The notes under the pieces: model-generated
The model's input: only the letters and a program-made list of their open reading frames with translations
The model's database searches: none
Told to the model about the DNA's origin: nothing
Shown here: piece by piece, positions 1 through 13,600 of the stretch
Layout of the letters: each line of letters starts with the position of its first letter
Numbering within the stretch: the stretch's first letter is position 1
From: the human T2T-CHM13v2.0 reference genome, Homo sapiens
Length of the DNA: 64,000 bases
Reading direction: 5' to 3' (one strand)
Assembly (NCBI RefSeq): GCF_009914755.1
Contig: NC_060937.1
Position numbers and translations under genes: made by a program

Positions 1-1704
1 TTCAAGGGCACAATTTTATAATTCAAAGATATTTACGGCATGAAATTGAGATCTAAAACTCTTGTATCTTTAACAACCATTTTGTATTTAAATAACTGTT
101 GACATTTACAATCATTGAAGAACTATTTGAACTCTGTAGAGTATAGATATTGAAGTACAAAATTAATTATGAGATAATATATGGAGCCTGTCGGCTTTAT
201 TTTTTAATAAGTATGTATGTATGCCAATAAAGGCATTTTTGTTTCCTTATGTAAAATGTCCTATCACCCCTCAGCTGATTTTGCTATATCCACAAACACT
301 ACAGTTAGCAGTTGAGTTTTCTTATTTGCTTTTTCTTTAAAAATTATTTATAACTTTTGGTTTCTGAAAAAATTGGTAATAAAACAGGCAACGTAGGAAA
401 AAGAATTATCTGGTGGTAGAGCAGACAGAAAAATAAACACTTCAGCATTTATTTTTAATGACCTAGTTAACCCCACTCACTGGATTTATATAGCTGACAG
501 TTTGACCTCTTTTATTGCTGATATGAATTGAAATTTATTCCATGAACTACACGATTGATCATTAAGAAAATAAAGACATGAAAAGTGGCAAGACTTAATC
601 TGATCTCTGTGTATGTGATGCTTATATTAAATCTTCCAAATATATAAAATAAATTCAAATAATTCAATTGTTGTAGACACATTGATTACTTAATTGAATT
701 TATTTATTTATTTATTTAAATCCAGATTACCAAAATTATTACCTAGAAGAAAAAGATATTTTAATCAGAAAAATAAAATACTTTATTATTCTACGTAGGA
801 TGAAATTTGGTTCAGAATAACAACAACCATTAAACGGGAAGAATAACAACTTAATTTCAAGTGGAATAAAATTGAGAGTTCTTTCTTCCTTTTTTCTTAT
901 TAAGAAGCCATAAGAGATAGTCATATTACTGATTTATGGGTAAATAATTTTCATTTCATACGCTAAGAGATTAATCTGGAGTCAGTTGGCTTTTTATTAT
1001 TTTTGCGTGCTTTTTAAATCAGATTTTGAAGAAGTAAAAGAAATAAACATCAAAACATAATTAAAATTTTTTATTTATAAAGTGTTGTTGGCTTCTGCCT
1101 ATTACTTAATATTCATTCGGTATTTGGTTTTAAAGACAGATTCTCTATGATAATAGATTTAAGGAGGGAAGTAATAAGTATGTACTATAAACTTTAATTC
1201 TGGATGCATAAAATATATTTTTCATTAATTTTGAAACACTATCTCATTCAACTAAATATCAGAATTGTACACTTATTTTAGTTTTTAAATACAGTTTTCA
1301 GGGTCCAGGACCATGGAATTTGATATAAGCATTTAAAAATGTGTTTTTTCTCATGGTGAAAGCAGAGACAAAAGATAATCTGTAAAGGAAAATAATTATA
1401 TATGTTATTGGTTATCTTTTTGTTTGTTAGTGCATTTTGCTTCATTAATTTGGGAATTATCAATATAAATACAGAACATAGTCTTCACTAGTTCCTATGG
1501 GTTTGCATGAATTGTATGACTGGGAAAAATGTAAAATGCAAGCTGCTCTTAATCAGCAAATTTTTCAATAAAATGTCAATGATGAACAACAGAAATTCTC
1601 TTCTTACTGGTATACTGGAGTGACTTGTGCTAATGAGTTGGGGATAGCACATAGAATAGTTCAGATTCAAATAGTGCCAGTTGGCTCCTTTAGACTATTA
1701 GTAA

Positions 1705-2011
<307 letters not shown>

Positions 2012-4083
2012 GGACAGACTCTTCTTAATGCACCCTTGGCAAATGCCATGTTCAGCCATTTTCAACCGAATTTATTTATTTATTTCTATATGAATGCCTT
2101 TAATGGATTGTTTCCCAGACGATATGGTTTGGGGGTCTATTTTCTGCATTGTAATAACCTTTACTACAGTAATTACAAGTTCAAAAACACCAAACATCTA
2201 ATGAATTTCTCTATGACATTATCTTCCATAATCATATCAATATGGTGCTAATAGCCAGAGGAGACATTTGCACATTCGCCTTTGTTTTTATAAATCTCAA
2301 GACAAACAATATTCTTAGGTCAAACCGTATCTCCATCATCTAATGGATGACAAAATGCAAGAATGAACTTTATGACAGATTAGCACCTGAACCGTCTCAG
2401 GAGGGAATTTCTCAGGTTGTCAGTACATAGCATTAAAACAGCTGAGTTATAAGTCTGTCAGGTTTCTAGTTATGCTCCTAACGGAGGAATAATTACTGCA
2501 GTGATAGTTACTTATCAAAGTTCTGGCCCCCTTCCCACCTACTTTTGAGCTTCTGAAGACTCATTTCCTAATAGACAAGTTAAGGGCAGTGAGTGTTATT
2601 CATAGGCTCACTGTTAGTATTTAAGTGAATTATTTTCATTTAATAGTTTCTTTTAGTTATGTAACCATAATACATAAGGTAATCATTGCATTTCTTATGC
2701 TGTGCTGGCATTTTTAATGTAAATTAAGCCTTTGTTTCTAGGGTAATTTATTGAATCACATAGCAGACTCTAAGACTCACTAGTACCTTATGAGCAATTT
2801 TAGTTAGTTTTCCCTTTTGTACTTTTTTATGAGAACTGGTTTTATTTCATTTGGGGAAAACATTAAATTTGTCTAGGAGGATTATTAAAATAAAGTGAAA
2901 TAAGCATTAGATTTAAGATGTGATTTGGACGATCAACCTAGACTGATGTTCATTATGAAAATATGTTCATTACTACATGGAAATTGAGTTTCACTCTCCA
3001 AAGATTCAAGATTGATTCCCTAGATAACAGGCTAAATTTAGTGTAAACTCCAATATTGAACCCATCTACTTTTGACCAACTAACTTTTGGCCACATACAA
3101 GGAGCTACCTATTACTTTCTTTATGATTATATCTAAATTTGTGTCATTTCTGTTGCTCTACTTTTAAACTATAGATTAATAAAAAAAGGGGAGATGAGAT
3201 AAATTTAGACTTTTTCTCTTCTATATCTTATCCTTGTGATCTTTTAAGTATTGTAAACTTAGAGAAAAAGTCATTTGTTTAAACCTTTAACTCAGATTTA
3301 TACAAATCATAATGTAGTCAAGGTCAAAAATTTAATTACACAAATCTTATATACAAAGTTGACATTATTTTTTCTTTCTTTTCTGAAAGTTATTTAATCT
3401 TCATTATAAGTTCCCACTTCGTTTAAGTAGAAGGGAAGTTTAGATTTATCCTTTAATTTTTATCTTGGTTTTATCTTGTTAAAAAGCCTCGTTTGGTTAA
3501 ATTTTCAGCTCATTCTATGTTCAACTTCTAGATAAGAAGATTTTACATTTTCTCATATTCAAGGTGAAACAAGAAAAACCTGATTATATTTCCTGGCAAC
3601 AAAATAAAGGTAACTAGTCTCAGCTCTCTCCTTTTTGGCTGGTCCTTGCTGTAGAATGGATGTCAGGTTGATTGGTCTCTGTACTGTCATCAACTGAGAT
3701 TAATGCATTCATCCATCTCTTGCTGTGGCTTCGAAACCACTGCTGCTGAAAGTCGACCAAATCCAATCCAATCCCCAATCTCTGCCAATTGAATGATCCT
3801 TTAAAAGCTGCATGTGCCTCATGAGAGCACACAAAATCTTCTTGATTTCCTGAATGCTAAGAACAAGTTGTGGGGTGATTCCATCACCATTTACCTAGTA
3901 AATTCTCTCTTTTGCTATACTGTTACCACATATCATGCTGGACATGGCTGAATATGAGACTTCAGCTCGAGAGCTGGTAAAACAAGAAATGCTTTCTTGG
4001 ATTATTTCTTGCTTCTTTGCGTGTTTCTGTATTTCACCCACTCAGATTTCAACCCTTTCTTCTAAGTCTTTTTTTGCTTTCCA

Positions 4084-5023
4084 CACTCTTCCCTAACCCC
4101 CAGGACTGGTACTGGTCCATGGCCTGTTAGGAACTGGGCTGCACAGCAGGAGGTGAGTGGTGGGCAAGTGAGCAAAGCATCATCTGTATTTACAGCTGCT
4201 CCTCATTGCTCATATTACCACCTGAGCTCCATCCCATGTCAGATCAGCAGTGGCATTAGCTTCTCACAGGAGCATGAGCCCTGTTGTGAACTGTGTATGT
4301 GAGGGGTCTAGGATGTGCACTCTTTATGAGAATCAAATGCCTGATGATTTGAAGTGACACTAGTGCTGGGGAGTGGTGGCAAATCCAGATTAACATTAGT
4401 AGAGTGGTTTGACTGCACAGAGACCATAATAAATCAATCGCTTGCAGACTCATCCAAACTCTATCAATGAGTGGAGAGTGACAATTGAGCTGCATCTTGT
4501 GGCAGGCTTTATAGTGGCAAGTGAGCTGATGTACTTCGATTGTACAGCTGCATCTGGTGGCCTTAAAAGTTTGTTTGAGACAACTTCAAATCTCCATATG
4601 TTCTGGGTTAAAGTCAAGGTGGAATATTCTGAGACTGACACAAAAGCACTGAAAAGCCTGCTTCCATTACTAACATCCTGTCTTTGTGAAACTGGGTTTT
4701 CTGCAGTCACAGCAACCACCAAAACAAGATTATGGAGTACACTGAGCATCAACAACACACTTAGGTGTCACTGTCTCCCATCACCCCCAGGTAGGACCGT
4801 CTAGTTGCAGGAAAACAAGCTTGGGGCTCTCACTGATTGTACATTAAGGTAAGTTGTATAATTATTTCATTACATATTACAGTGTAATAATGAAGATATA
4901 AAGTGCACAATAAATGTATTGTGCTCGAATCATCCTGAAACCGTCACACCCCCGCCCCCAGGTCCAGGAAAAATTGTCTTGCATGAAACCAGTCCCTGGT
5001 GCCAAAAAGTTTGGGAACTGCTA
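4084..5023 (+). mobile_element. Charlie3/MER1-family hAT DNA transposon, internally deleted
   Basis: MER1-type ends (ccctaaccccc...ggcctgttaggaactgggctgcacagcaggaggtgag; ...ccagtccctggtgccaaaaagtttgggaactgct) enclosing a transposase remnant. Confidence 0.88.
4550..4780 (+). pseudogene. Remnant of hAT transposase C-terminal dimerisation domain
   Basis: ORF 4442-4804 contains FWVKVKVEYSETDTKALKSLLPLLTSCLCETGFSAVTATTKTRL, matching the hAT motif FW...EYP.L...A...LLPF.T.YLCE.GFS.....KT.R. Confidence 0.8.
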
Positions 5024-5401
5024 CTCTAACAGACCAGAATGGGTAGGTTTTCTGTTTCTTCCTTCATATCCTACTAGGACTATATTTTTACTATGATATT
5101 TTTATTATGATACTTTTATAATTCCTTGAGTCATCAAGTATCCAGATACAGCTTTATAATATAAGAAAGATTATCGATATCCGATGAAAGTTCTGTCAGT
5201 TAAGACCAACACATTTGGTTGACAACGCAGGAAAGTCAGAACCACTGAGATCATGGATTACCATGAAGTAAAGTGAATGTATTTTTGAAATCCTCCCACA
5301 CATTAAACATTTTATGAAAACTTGAAGGCAATATATTCTGGTTATTTCAGACTAAGTATCTGAACTTAGATCCTATTAAGTCAAACCATGTGGAAAACGA
5401 C

Positions 5402-5475
5402 AAGGTTGGACCATAGGAAGTTGTGATTTTTGCATGTCAAAAGTGGAGGAATATTATCAATGTAGGTTCAGTTAT
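5402..5475. mobile_element. MADE2-like mariner MITE, degraded
   Basis: aggttggaccataggaagttgtgatttttgcatgtcaaaagtggaggaatattatcaat...ggttcag resembles the ~80-bp MADE2 consensus. A partial extra TIR-like piece lies at about 5374-5399. Confidence 0.6.
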
Positions 5476-5548
5476 TTCAATTCTTCCCTTATCTTGTTTC
5501 TGTGAAAACTAATTTTGGGAGTCATTGCCAAATGTGTGAACACAGACG

Positions 5549-5567
5549 CACACACACACACACACAC
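5549..5567. repeat. (CA)n microsatellite
   Basis: Direct reading. Confidence 0.9.
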
Positions 5568-6343
5568 CATTCTCTTTGATAGTCAAGTCTTTACATATTA
5601 CACAAAAAATGTTGATTTATTTCTACATTTTAACATTCCACTTGATAGAAAAGAAATTATCAACTTAAATAATTATATTGTGCTGTCTCCTCATGTTATA
5701 ATAAAGCCATAACATACATTATAAATATGTATATATAATATATAAATATTCACAAAATAATAATTGCATTTTGTTTAATACGTATCCAAAGAGTGTATTA
5801 GGATTACACCTGATTTTTCATCGTGTATTTTGTTTGCCTGGGAGGTTCTATTTGCCATTGGCTTTATTCTTTGCACTATCAAGATATCCAGTTTCAACAT
5901 TTCTTAAACATTTCAAGCATGCTAAGAAATATATTTTTTCCCAAAAAAAAGTGTAATTTTAATGGCCTCTTTCTAAAATTCAGACTGGCTGCTTTCTAAG
6001 TTTGAACCTCACACCAATGTCCTCTGTAAATTTCTCATCATTTGCTTTCTGAATACAGCATCTTATATTCCAGATATCATGTTTTTCTATTTCATAACTA
6101 CTTGAAGCACATCCTAAAGTAAATTGATAAGAAATGATATGCAGGGTTTAAATTAATGAATCATTGATTACCTAAAATTTAGTTTAATTTAGTGTCAGTA
6201 GAGGATTCTAGGTGGAAAGGTATTCTACCTAGTTTTGAAGACATTTTCACTTCGTATCACATCATCCAGCATTGCTAAGAGTCCATTTCCAGTTTCCTTA
6301 GCTGTCCTTTTGCAGTGGTCTTGTTTCTCACCCGCTGACACTA

Positions 6344-6590
6344 TGTGTGTTTCCTACGACTCCTGTAACAAAGCACCACAAACTGGGTGGTTCTCGTATT
6401 TTACTCAGCTTACTTTTTTAAAAAATGTGTTTGTTTCTTTGTTAGGTTGGTTGGTTTTGCTATTCTGTCGTTTGGGATTTTTATATATTTTTATATTAAC
6501 CCCTTATCAAATGTACAGTTTGTAAATATTTTCTCCCATTGCATAGGTTGTCTTTTCAGTCTATTGATTTTCTTTGATGTACAGAAATAA
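6344..6590 (-). mobile_element. Short MLT1 LTR end followed by an antisense L1 ORF2 fragment
   Basis: gtttcctacgactcctgtaacaaagcaccacaaactgggtgg is MLT1-like. attaaccccttatcaaatgtacagtttgtaaatattttctcccattgcataggttgtc is L1-like. Confidence 0.6.
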
Positions 6591-7789
6591 TTTCTTATTA
6601 AATTACACAAACATGCATATATAATTATTTGCATGGAGCACAGTAACTTCTAATTTTCTGCAGATGGCTTATGGTTTTCTGGATTTGATACATAAAGAGG
6701 AGATCTTGTAATAATAAATATTTTGAGTCTTATTATGCCTTATGTATGTTAAATTTAATACTTTCTTCCGTAGGAAAAGTGAATGATTAAAGTGTGACTT
6801 AAATGTATGTGACTGAGGCAAAGGACATATTGCTAGGTAAATCTTGTAGATGCCAAGAATTGAAGCAGAGGCTTTATAGGTAAACTAGCAGTTGAATTTC
6901 TCAAGTTCTCTTGGAAACATTTGTAGAAAAAATATTTTTGAACATTTAACGAAGCAGTATGAGCATACCTAAGTCACTCAGCTGTCTGAGATGATGTTAG
7001 AATATTTCTCTCGCTGTAAAGGAAAACGAGCAAGCAGACACTTTCTCTAGCCCATCTTCCCAGCCGCCAGTGTCCAAGACTCTTAATAACCTCTGTTTGA
7101 TTTGTTACTTGGAGGAGGAATTTGCTCATGTGTCATGACTGTCAGAAGCCCTTTTTGGCAACTGTATCAGTAATTAGCTATGCCTTGTTTGTGCTCAAGG
7201 CAAGTGTATCTGTCACATTGATTTTTAAAAGTTCTAGTTTTTATTCTTGTTTTCATTTCAACTCCCATGGTAGCCTCTCAGCATTGTAAAACCAACAGTC
7301 ACAATATCGATCAAGCTTTCATTGATACTTATATTCTAGAAAATAAGAACCAGCATGCTACGTCACCCTCAGTTAGTATCAAATTTTGAAAAGTTAATAT
7401 TTAGAATGCAAAGTTAACAGCAAAGTTAATATTTGGAATGATTTGAAAACATTTTTGTAAATTTTTAAATAGCTTTTCCGATTGAGTGAACATAAACTGC
7501 CTTGTGTAGAGTTTTCTGAGAATTTTTTCATTGATCAAATATACCCATATATTGTCTACTATAAAACAGTAAGTTAATTAAGAGTTTCTCTTCCATTGGT
7601 AAAAAAAAAATGTCGTTTCAGACTTTTACTTGGGTTTTAGAGCAAATTAAAAAATAGACATAAAATGGCATAGATCAGAGATTTTCAAAGTTGAATCATC
7701 GACATAATCAAAAGTAACAATAGTTTAAAATGACATTTTTTAGGGGAAAACTTACTGTAACAAAATATTTGTGAAGAAAACAACATCAA

Positions 7790-8575
7790 AATCAAAGTGA
7801 AAATGGAAAGAAGAGTCTCGGATAAAGTATTTGAAGAACTATGTAAAAGGTGATATTCATTATTAACATTTCACAGATATTTAACATATAATTGAGCTAC
7901 TATGAATTAATGAGAAAGAGACCAAAATTAAAAATCTGCAATGTATATGAACAGGAAATTTAAAAGAAATGTAAATGGTAAGTAAAAGTTAACACGACAG
8001 TATGTTCAAACTCATTGATCCTCAATGGAAAGTAATAAAATAACAATAATGTTTTTCTTCTTGCCTTTCAGATTTGCAAACTTTAAATAAGTTTTTAAAA
8101 GATCATCAGCAATTCTGGCTATGATGTCAATAATTTCACAATATCATCAATTGTTAGTGAGATTTTCATTTTATCAACTTTGAATAGAGCTGTAAAAATA
8201 TCTCCCTGAATAGATCTTACATTAAAAGAAAAAATTATATTATGTTTACTACTGTACTGTTGTACTAACTAGAATAGTGACTAACTGGCACATTGTTGAT
8301 TCTCATATTTAACCAATTCAATTAATTATTAATTGTACATATCCTCTGACCTAATTATCTCACTTCTAAAACCAATCCTATAAAAAGCATAACATGAGTG
8401 ATTAGAAGTGTATGAGGATATCCATTGTAATACTACATTTTGGAAAGAAAAGCCATGTAAATGTGAGTCAATTTTAAAAAAAGAAGGAAGTAGATTTGAA
8501 AGATATATATGATTTGGAAAGATATATAAAATATTACATTAAAAACAAAGCAAATTGTAAATTATGTGTAGTGTG
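7790..8575 (+). mobile_element. Highly degraded old L1 (L1ME-like) 3' fragments
   Basis: A-rich tract with patchy similarity to the L1 ORF2 end and 3'UTR (atatgaacaggaaattt...aaatggtaagtaaa...atgttcaaactcatt). Boundaries approximate. Confidence 0.4.
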
Positions 8576-8830
8576 GTCAAAGATTCTCTAACCTGTTCAG
8601 GCTCATTACCTAGGAGGTTTGACAAATCTGTTGGTGCATTTTAAAATTTGAGGAAGTACTAAAACCAGACACATAAAATATTAAACAGATGAAAACACGT
8701 ATGAATGAATTATTAACTTTGAAAAAATACCTATGAAAGGAAACATTTTAATACTTATTACACATCACTTGACTTACTAGTGAAAATATGCAGTCATCAA
8801 ACATAAATGCTTGCTATTTATGTAAAAATC

Positions 8831-8993
8831 TTTTTTTTTTTTTGGGTTCAAGTGATTCTCCTGCCTCAGCCTCCTGAGTAGCTGGAATTACGGGCACACA
8901 CCACAACCGTTTTGTAGAGATGGGATTTCACCATGTTGGTCAGGCTGGTCTCAAACTCCTAACCTTGTGATCCGCCTGCCTCAGCCTCCCAAA
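8831..8993 (-). mobile_element. Compact, multiply deleted AluS (Sg-like)
   Basis: T13 joined directly to gggttcaagtgattctcc. Central linker and both ends are missing. Confidence 0.88.
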
Positions 8994-10483
8994 AAATCCT
9001 CATTTTTAAAAAATGAGTTGTGGCAGGCAGGGTATGGTGCATGTGGAGGAGACTAAATACTCAGCTACAATAACAGGCAGCAAAGAGCTCTTGTGTATAT
9101 TTAATCAAGAACTTCCTACCTAAGTATATTACTAAGAAAAATACAAGTAAATACCAAAGGAAATCTTTAAAAGAAAAGAAAGGCTCCAGTGGAATGAAAT
9201 TGGACAGGGTTGTGCCATTTCTATTTTAAATATTTTGAACTAGCAATCTTAAGATTTTTATCAGTTTGAAACGTAAGTAATCTTTCTGTTTCTGTATTTA
9301 TTTGTTTAGTTTGCCTTTTTGATAGGGCAAGGTAAGAAGTTTTTAACAGTTCATCAAAAGATCCAAATTACTGACCTGTTTGCAGTGTGTTCCTTTTTTC
9401 TTTTTTATAAGTTTTACCCATGAAAAGAGAAGTTGGTAATTTTTTGAAGCTAGGGAGAAAGATATAAAGAAAAAAGATTACAGAAAGGGGGATAAATACT
9501 ATTGTATGTGGTTGGAAATATCAAAACACTGAAAACTACGTCTCTTGAAGTAAAAAAAAAAACTATTGATTTTAATGGCTAGCACATTTAAATACAATAT
9601 TTTATTACCATGACCTGAGAAAAATTAATTGCTCAGTTTTCTATGTGGATTTTAGTCTTCTGTTACATTAAAATATATGCTGGCAATAGTTTGGGTACTA
9701 AGTGCGCAACCTCTTATCCAAAAAGCAGGAAGTTCTCACTTTAGTTTATCAGCAAAAAATAAAAAAAGTGATTTCTGTGCCAAAATATTTTATTCTAAAG
9801 GTAAGTTACACTTTCAACCAGAATACATATAATACTAATCAGGAAAAATCTTATTTTTAGCATGTATTTTAAGAATAACTTCTTATGAGCGTCATAAACT
9901 TGCAAGATTTTATTAATCAATTTGAAAATCAGTTAAATATCTGTTAAAGTGGAACTATACAAGTAAAATTTGAACTGATCATTTTATTTCAGATGATCAT
10001 TCCTTCATAATTTAGCATGTAATTGTATCTAGACAAATAAAATATAATAATGCCTCTGATGCATTAAAAATACAACGACAAAATTGTGATTTGGCCTTAA
10101 CAATGGACAGGGATACAAAATCAATTATAACAAATTCTCAAGAATGCTCTGAAATAATTATATTAATTTGTCTGGTAATATTAAACAAAAATAATCAAAC
10201 ATTTATTTTATTTTCTAGGGTATTTATACCATACTAATTTTTATTTTTGTTTCAAATTAAAGGAACCAAAAAGACAGTCCCATCCAAATCATAATCAATT
10301 CATGCTGACTTCATGGCATCAACATTAGCCAGCCACACCATATGCCTGGCTGTAAAATGGAGTAATTAGTATGTGCCCCTGAATAGTAGATTGCTATTTG
10401 ATTAGTATATTAATACACATTAATGGAGAATCACAGAAATCTGCAGATGTGTCTGTTTTTTCGGTATGCCCCAGGAACAATGA

Positions 10484-10640
10484 GATCTACATGTTCCCTC
10501 TGTGGGCACCGGCTGAGCTCTGCCCTGTGTTGCTTTCCACTGTGACAGGGCAGCACTGACTTCCAATGCCAAGTCTCACAGTCACTGTTCTCTCTCTACA
10601 AACCCACAGATTCTTTCTCCTTACCACATAGCCACTGCCA
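10484..10640 (-). mobile_element. Inverted piece of L1M1/L1MA-type 5'UTR
   Basis: gttgctttccactgtgacagggcagcactgacttccaatgccaagtctcacagtcactg matches the antisense of the upstream part of the L1M1-type 5'UTR as I recall it. Confidence 0.65.
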
Positions 10641-13600
10641 GCTGAGTGAAGAGCCCTTCGGTCTTGAGTGATCATTGGCAGTAGCCAGGCAGTACTCTCC
10701 ATGGGCCTGGGCAATGGTAGCCATGAGGGGAGGCTCCTTCTCCTTGAAGAAAGGAGAAGGAAGAGTGTGAAGGACTTAGTCTTGTGGCTTGGATACCAGT
10801 TCAGTTGTAGTAGAATAGAGCACCAAGTAGATTCCTAAGTTTTCTGACTGTAGGCTTGACTCCAGGGGGGCATTTCTCGACCTGCCTTGGGGTGGTGGTG
10901 TGCTCACAGTCATGAAGGGAAGGCCACAAGGCCTGGCCAGATTCACAACCTGCTGATTGTAGAGCACATGGGCCTGGAAGAAATACTGGTGGTAGCCAGG
11001 CAGAGGTCACTGTAAGCCTGGGGCAAGACTCAACGCTGTGCTGGCTTTGGGTCTGAGCCAGTGCAGTCATGTGGTAGTGGCCCCAGGGGTGCTTGTGCCA
11101 CCCTTCCCTCATTTCCAGGAGGCTCAGTACAGAGAAATATATTCCATTTATTTGGGGGAAAGTAAGGGAAGAGCACAGGAGTCTCTGCTTGGTAGTACAG
11201 GGAACTCATCTGGATCTTACCTAAGACCAGCAAGGCAGCATCTCTATGAGTCTGTAAGAGTCAAGACAGGGAATTAAAAATAGCTGCTTGGAGGAAACTC
11301 AATGGCATTCCAGATAACACAGAGAAGGAATTTACAATCCTATCAGGTTAATTTCACCAAACCAAGTGATCAAAATAATTAACAAGAATCAAGCCGATAT
11401 TCTGGAAATAAAAAATTCAATTTATATACCAAAGAATTCATCCGAGTCTCTCAACAGCAGAATTGATCAAGCAGAAGAAAAAATAAGTGAGCTTGAAGAC
11501 AAGCTATTTGAAAATACATATAGGAGACAAAAGAAAAAAATAGACAAGAATGAAGCACAGTACAAGATCCAGAAAATAGCTGCTAAAGGACGAATCTAAG
11601 AGTTATTAGCCTTAAAGAGGAGGTAGAGAGAGAGAGATCAGGATATAAAGTTTATTCAAAGGGAAAATAACAGAGGACTTTACAAACCTAGAGAAAAAAT
11701 TTGATATTCAAATACAAGAAGGTTATAAAGACCAAGCAGATTTAACCCAAATAAGACTGCCCGAAGACTTTTAATAATCAAACTCCCAAATTGAAGGATA
11801 AAGAAATAATCTTAAAGAAGCTAGAGAAAAGAAACAAGTAACATACAAAGGAGCTCCAGTATGTCTGGCAGCAGACTTCTCAGTGGAAGCCTTACAGGCT
11901 GGGATGAAGTGGCATGACATGTTTAAAGTGCTGAAGGAAAGAAAACCTTTTATTCTAAAATAGTATAGCCAGCAAAAATATCCTCTAAATATGAAGGATA
12001 TATACTTTCTCAGGAAAAACAAAAGTTGAGAAACTTTATCAACACCACACTTGTCCTACAAAAAATGCTGAAATAATTTCTTCAAACTGAAAGAAAAGAA
12101 TGTTAATGAGCAATAAGAAATCACTTGAAGGTATAAAACTCACTGGTAACAGTAAGTACATGGGCAAATACAGAATATTATAATACTGTAATTGTGATGT
12201 GTAAACTACTCATATCTTGAGTAGAAAGACTAAAATATGAACCTCTCAAAATTAAAAACTATAACACCTTTTCAAGACATAGTATGATTTAAATAGAAAC
12301 AGCAAAATGTTAAAAAGAACGGGAGAAAAAGTTAGAGTGTAGAGTTTTTATTAGTTATGTCTTTGTTGTTTTTGTAATCAGTTTAGAATAATGGGTTATA
12401 AGACACTATTTGCAAGTCTCACGGTAACCTCAAATTATGAAACCTACAACAGATCCACTAAAGTAAAATAATAAGAGCCCACATGTAAAAGTTCAAATAA
12501 ACAATGTAACTATGTATTTTAAACTATGCATTTTAAGAAACTAGAAAAGCAAGGATCAACGCAAAATTACCAAACCCAAAATTAGTAGAAGAAAAGAAAT
12601 AATAAAGATCAGAGCAGAAGTACATGAAATCGAAACAAAAAATACAAAGGATCAATAAAATGAAGATATGGTTTATTCAAAAGATAAAGTTGGCAAACCT
12701 TTAGCCCGATTAAGAATGAAAGAGAGAATACCCAACAAAATCAGAGATGAAAAGTAGACATTACACTGATACTGCAGAAATTCACAGGATCATTAGAGAC
12801 TATGAGCAACTACATGCCAGTAAATTGGAAAACTTAGAAGAAATGAATAAATTACTGGATACATACAACCTACCAAGATTGAACCATGAAGGAATGCACA
12901 CCCATAATAGACAAGTAACAAGTAATGTGACTGAAGTCATAATGAAAATTATCCCGGACAATGACAACAAAAAACCCCATAGCTTCACTCTAAATATGAA
13001 CAAACACTTACAGAAGAACTAAAACCAATTCTACTCAAACTATTTTGATGAGTAAAAAGGTGAGAATACCTCCAAACTCATTCTGCAAAGCCAGTATTAC
13101 CTTGAGACTCAAACCAGGCAAAGACACACACAAAAAGAAAATTACAGGCCAATATACCTGATGAACATTGATGCAAAAATTCTCAACAACATACAAGCAA
13201 ACTCAACTCAGCAGCACGTGAAAAAGATCATTCATCACGACCGAGTGGGATTTATCTCAGGGATGCAAGGATGGTATAACATATACAAATGAATCAATGT
13301 GATGTACCATGTCAACAGAAGAAAGGACAAAAACCACATGATCATTTAAATTGATGCTGAAAAAGCATTTGCTGAAATTCAACATTTTCCTTCACGATAA
13401 AAACATTCAGTAAAACTGGGTATAGAAGGAACATACCTCAATACAAAAAAAAAAAAAAACCCATGTATGATTGACCTATAGCTAGAATCACACTGAATGG
13501 GGAAAAATGAAAACCTTTCCTCTAAGATCTGGAACAAGACAAGGATGCATAAGCTCACCGTGTTTTTCAGCATAGTACTGGAAGTCCTAGCTAGAGCAAT

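Noticed and set aside
3638-3646. GGCTGGTCC resembling a Y RNA 5' end
   Set aside because: Similarity ends after 9 nt and there is no Y RNA 3' stem.
7020-7220. Enhancer-like unique block with TGTCA/TGAC motifs
   Set aside because: Only short motifs; nothing in the sequence distinguishes it from background without conservation data.
7390-7440. Small tandem duplications (also about 8493-8529 and 12507-12536)
   Set aside because: Ordinary slippage duplications of under 30 bp.
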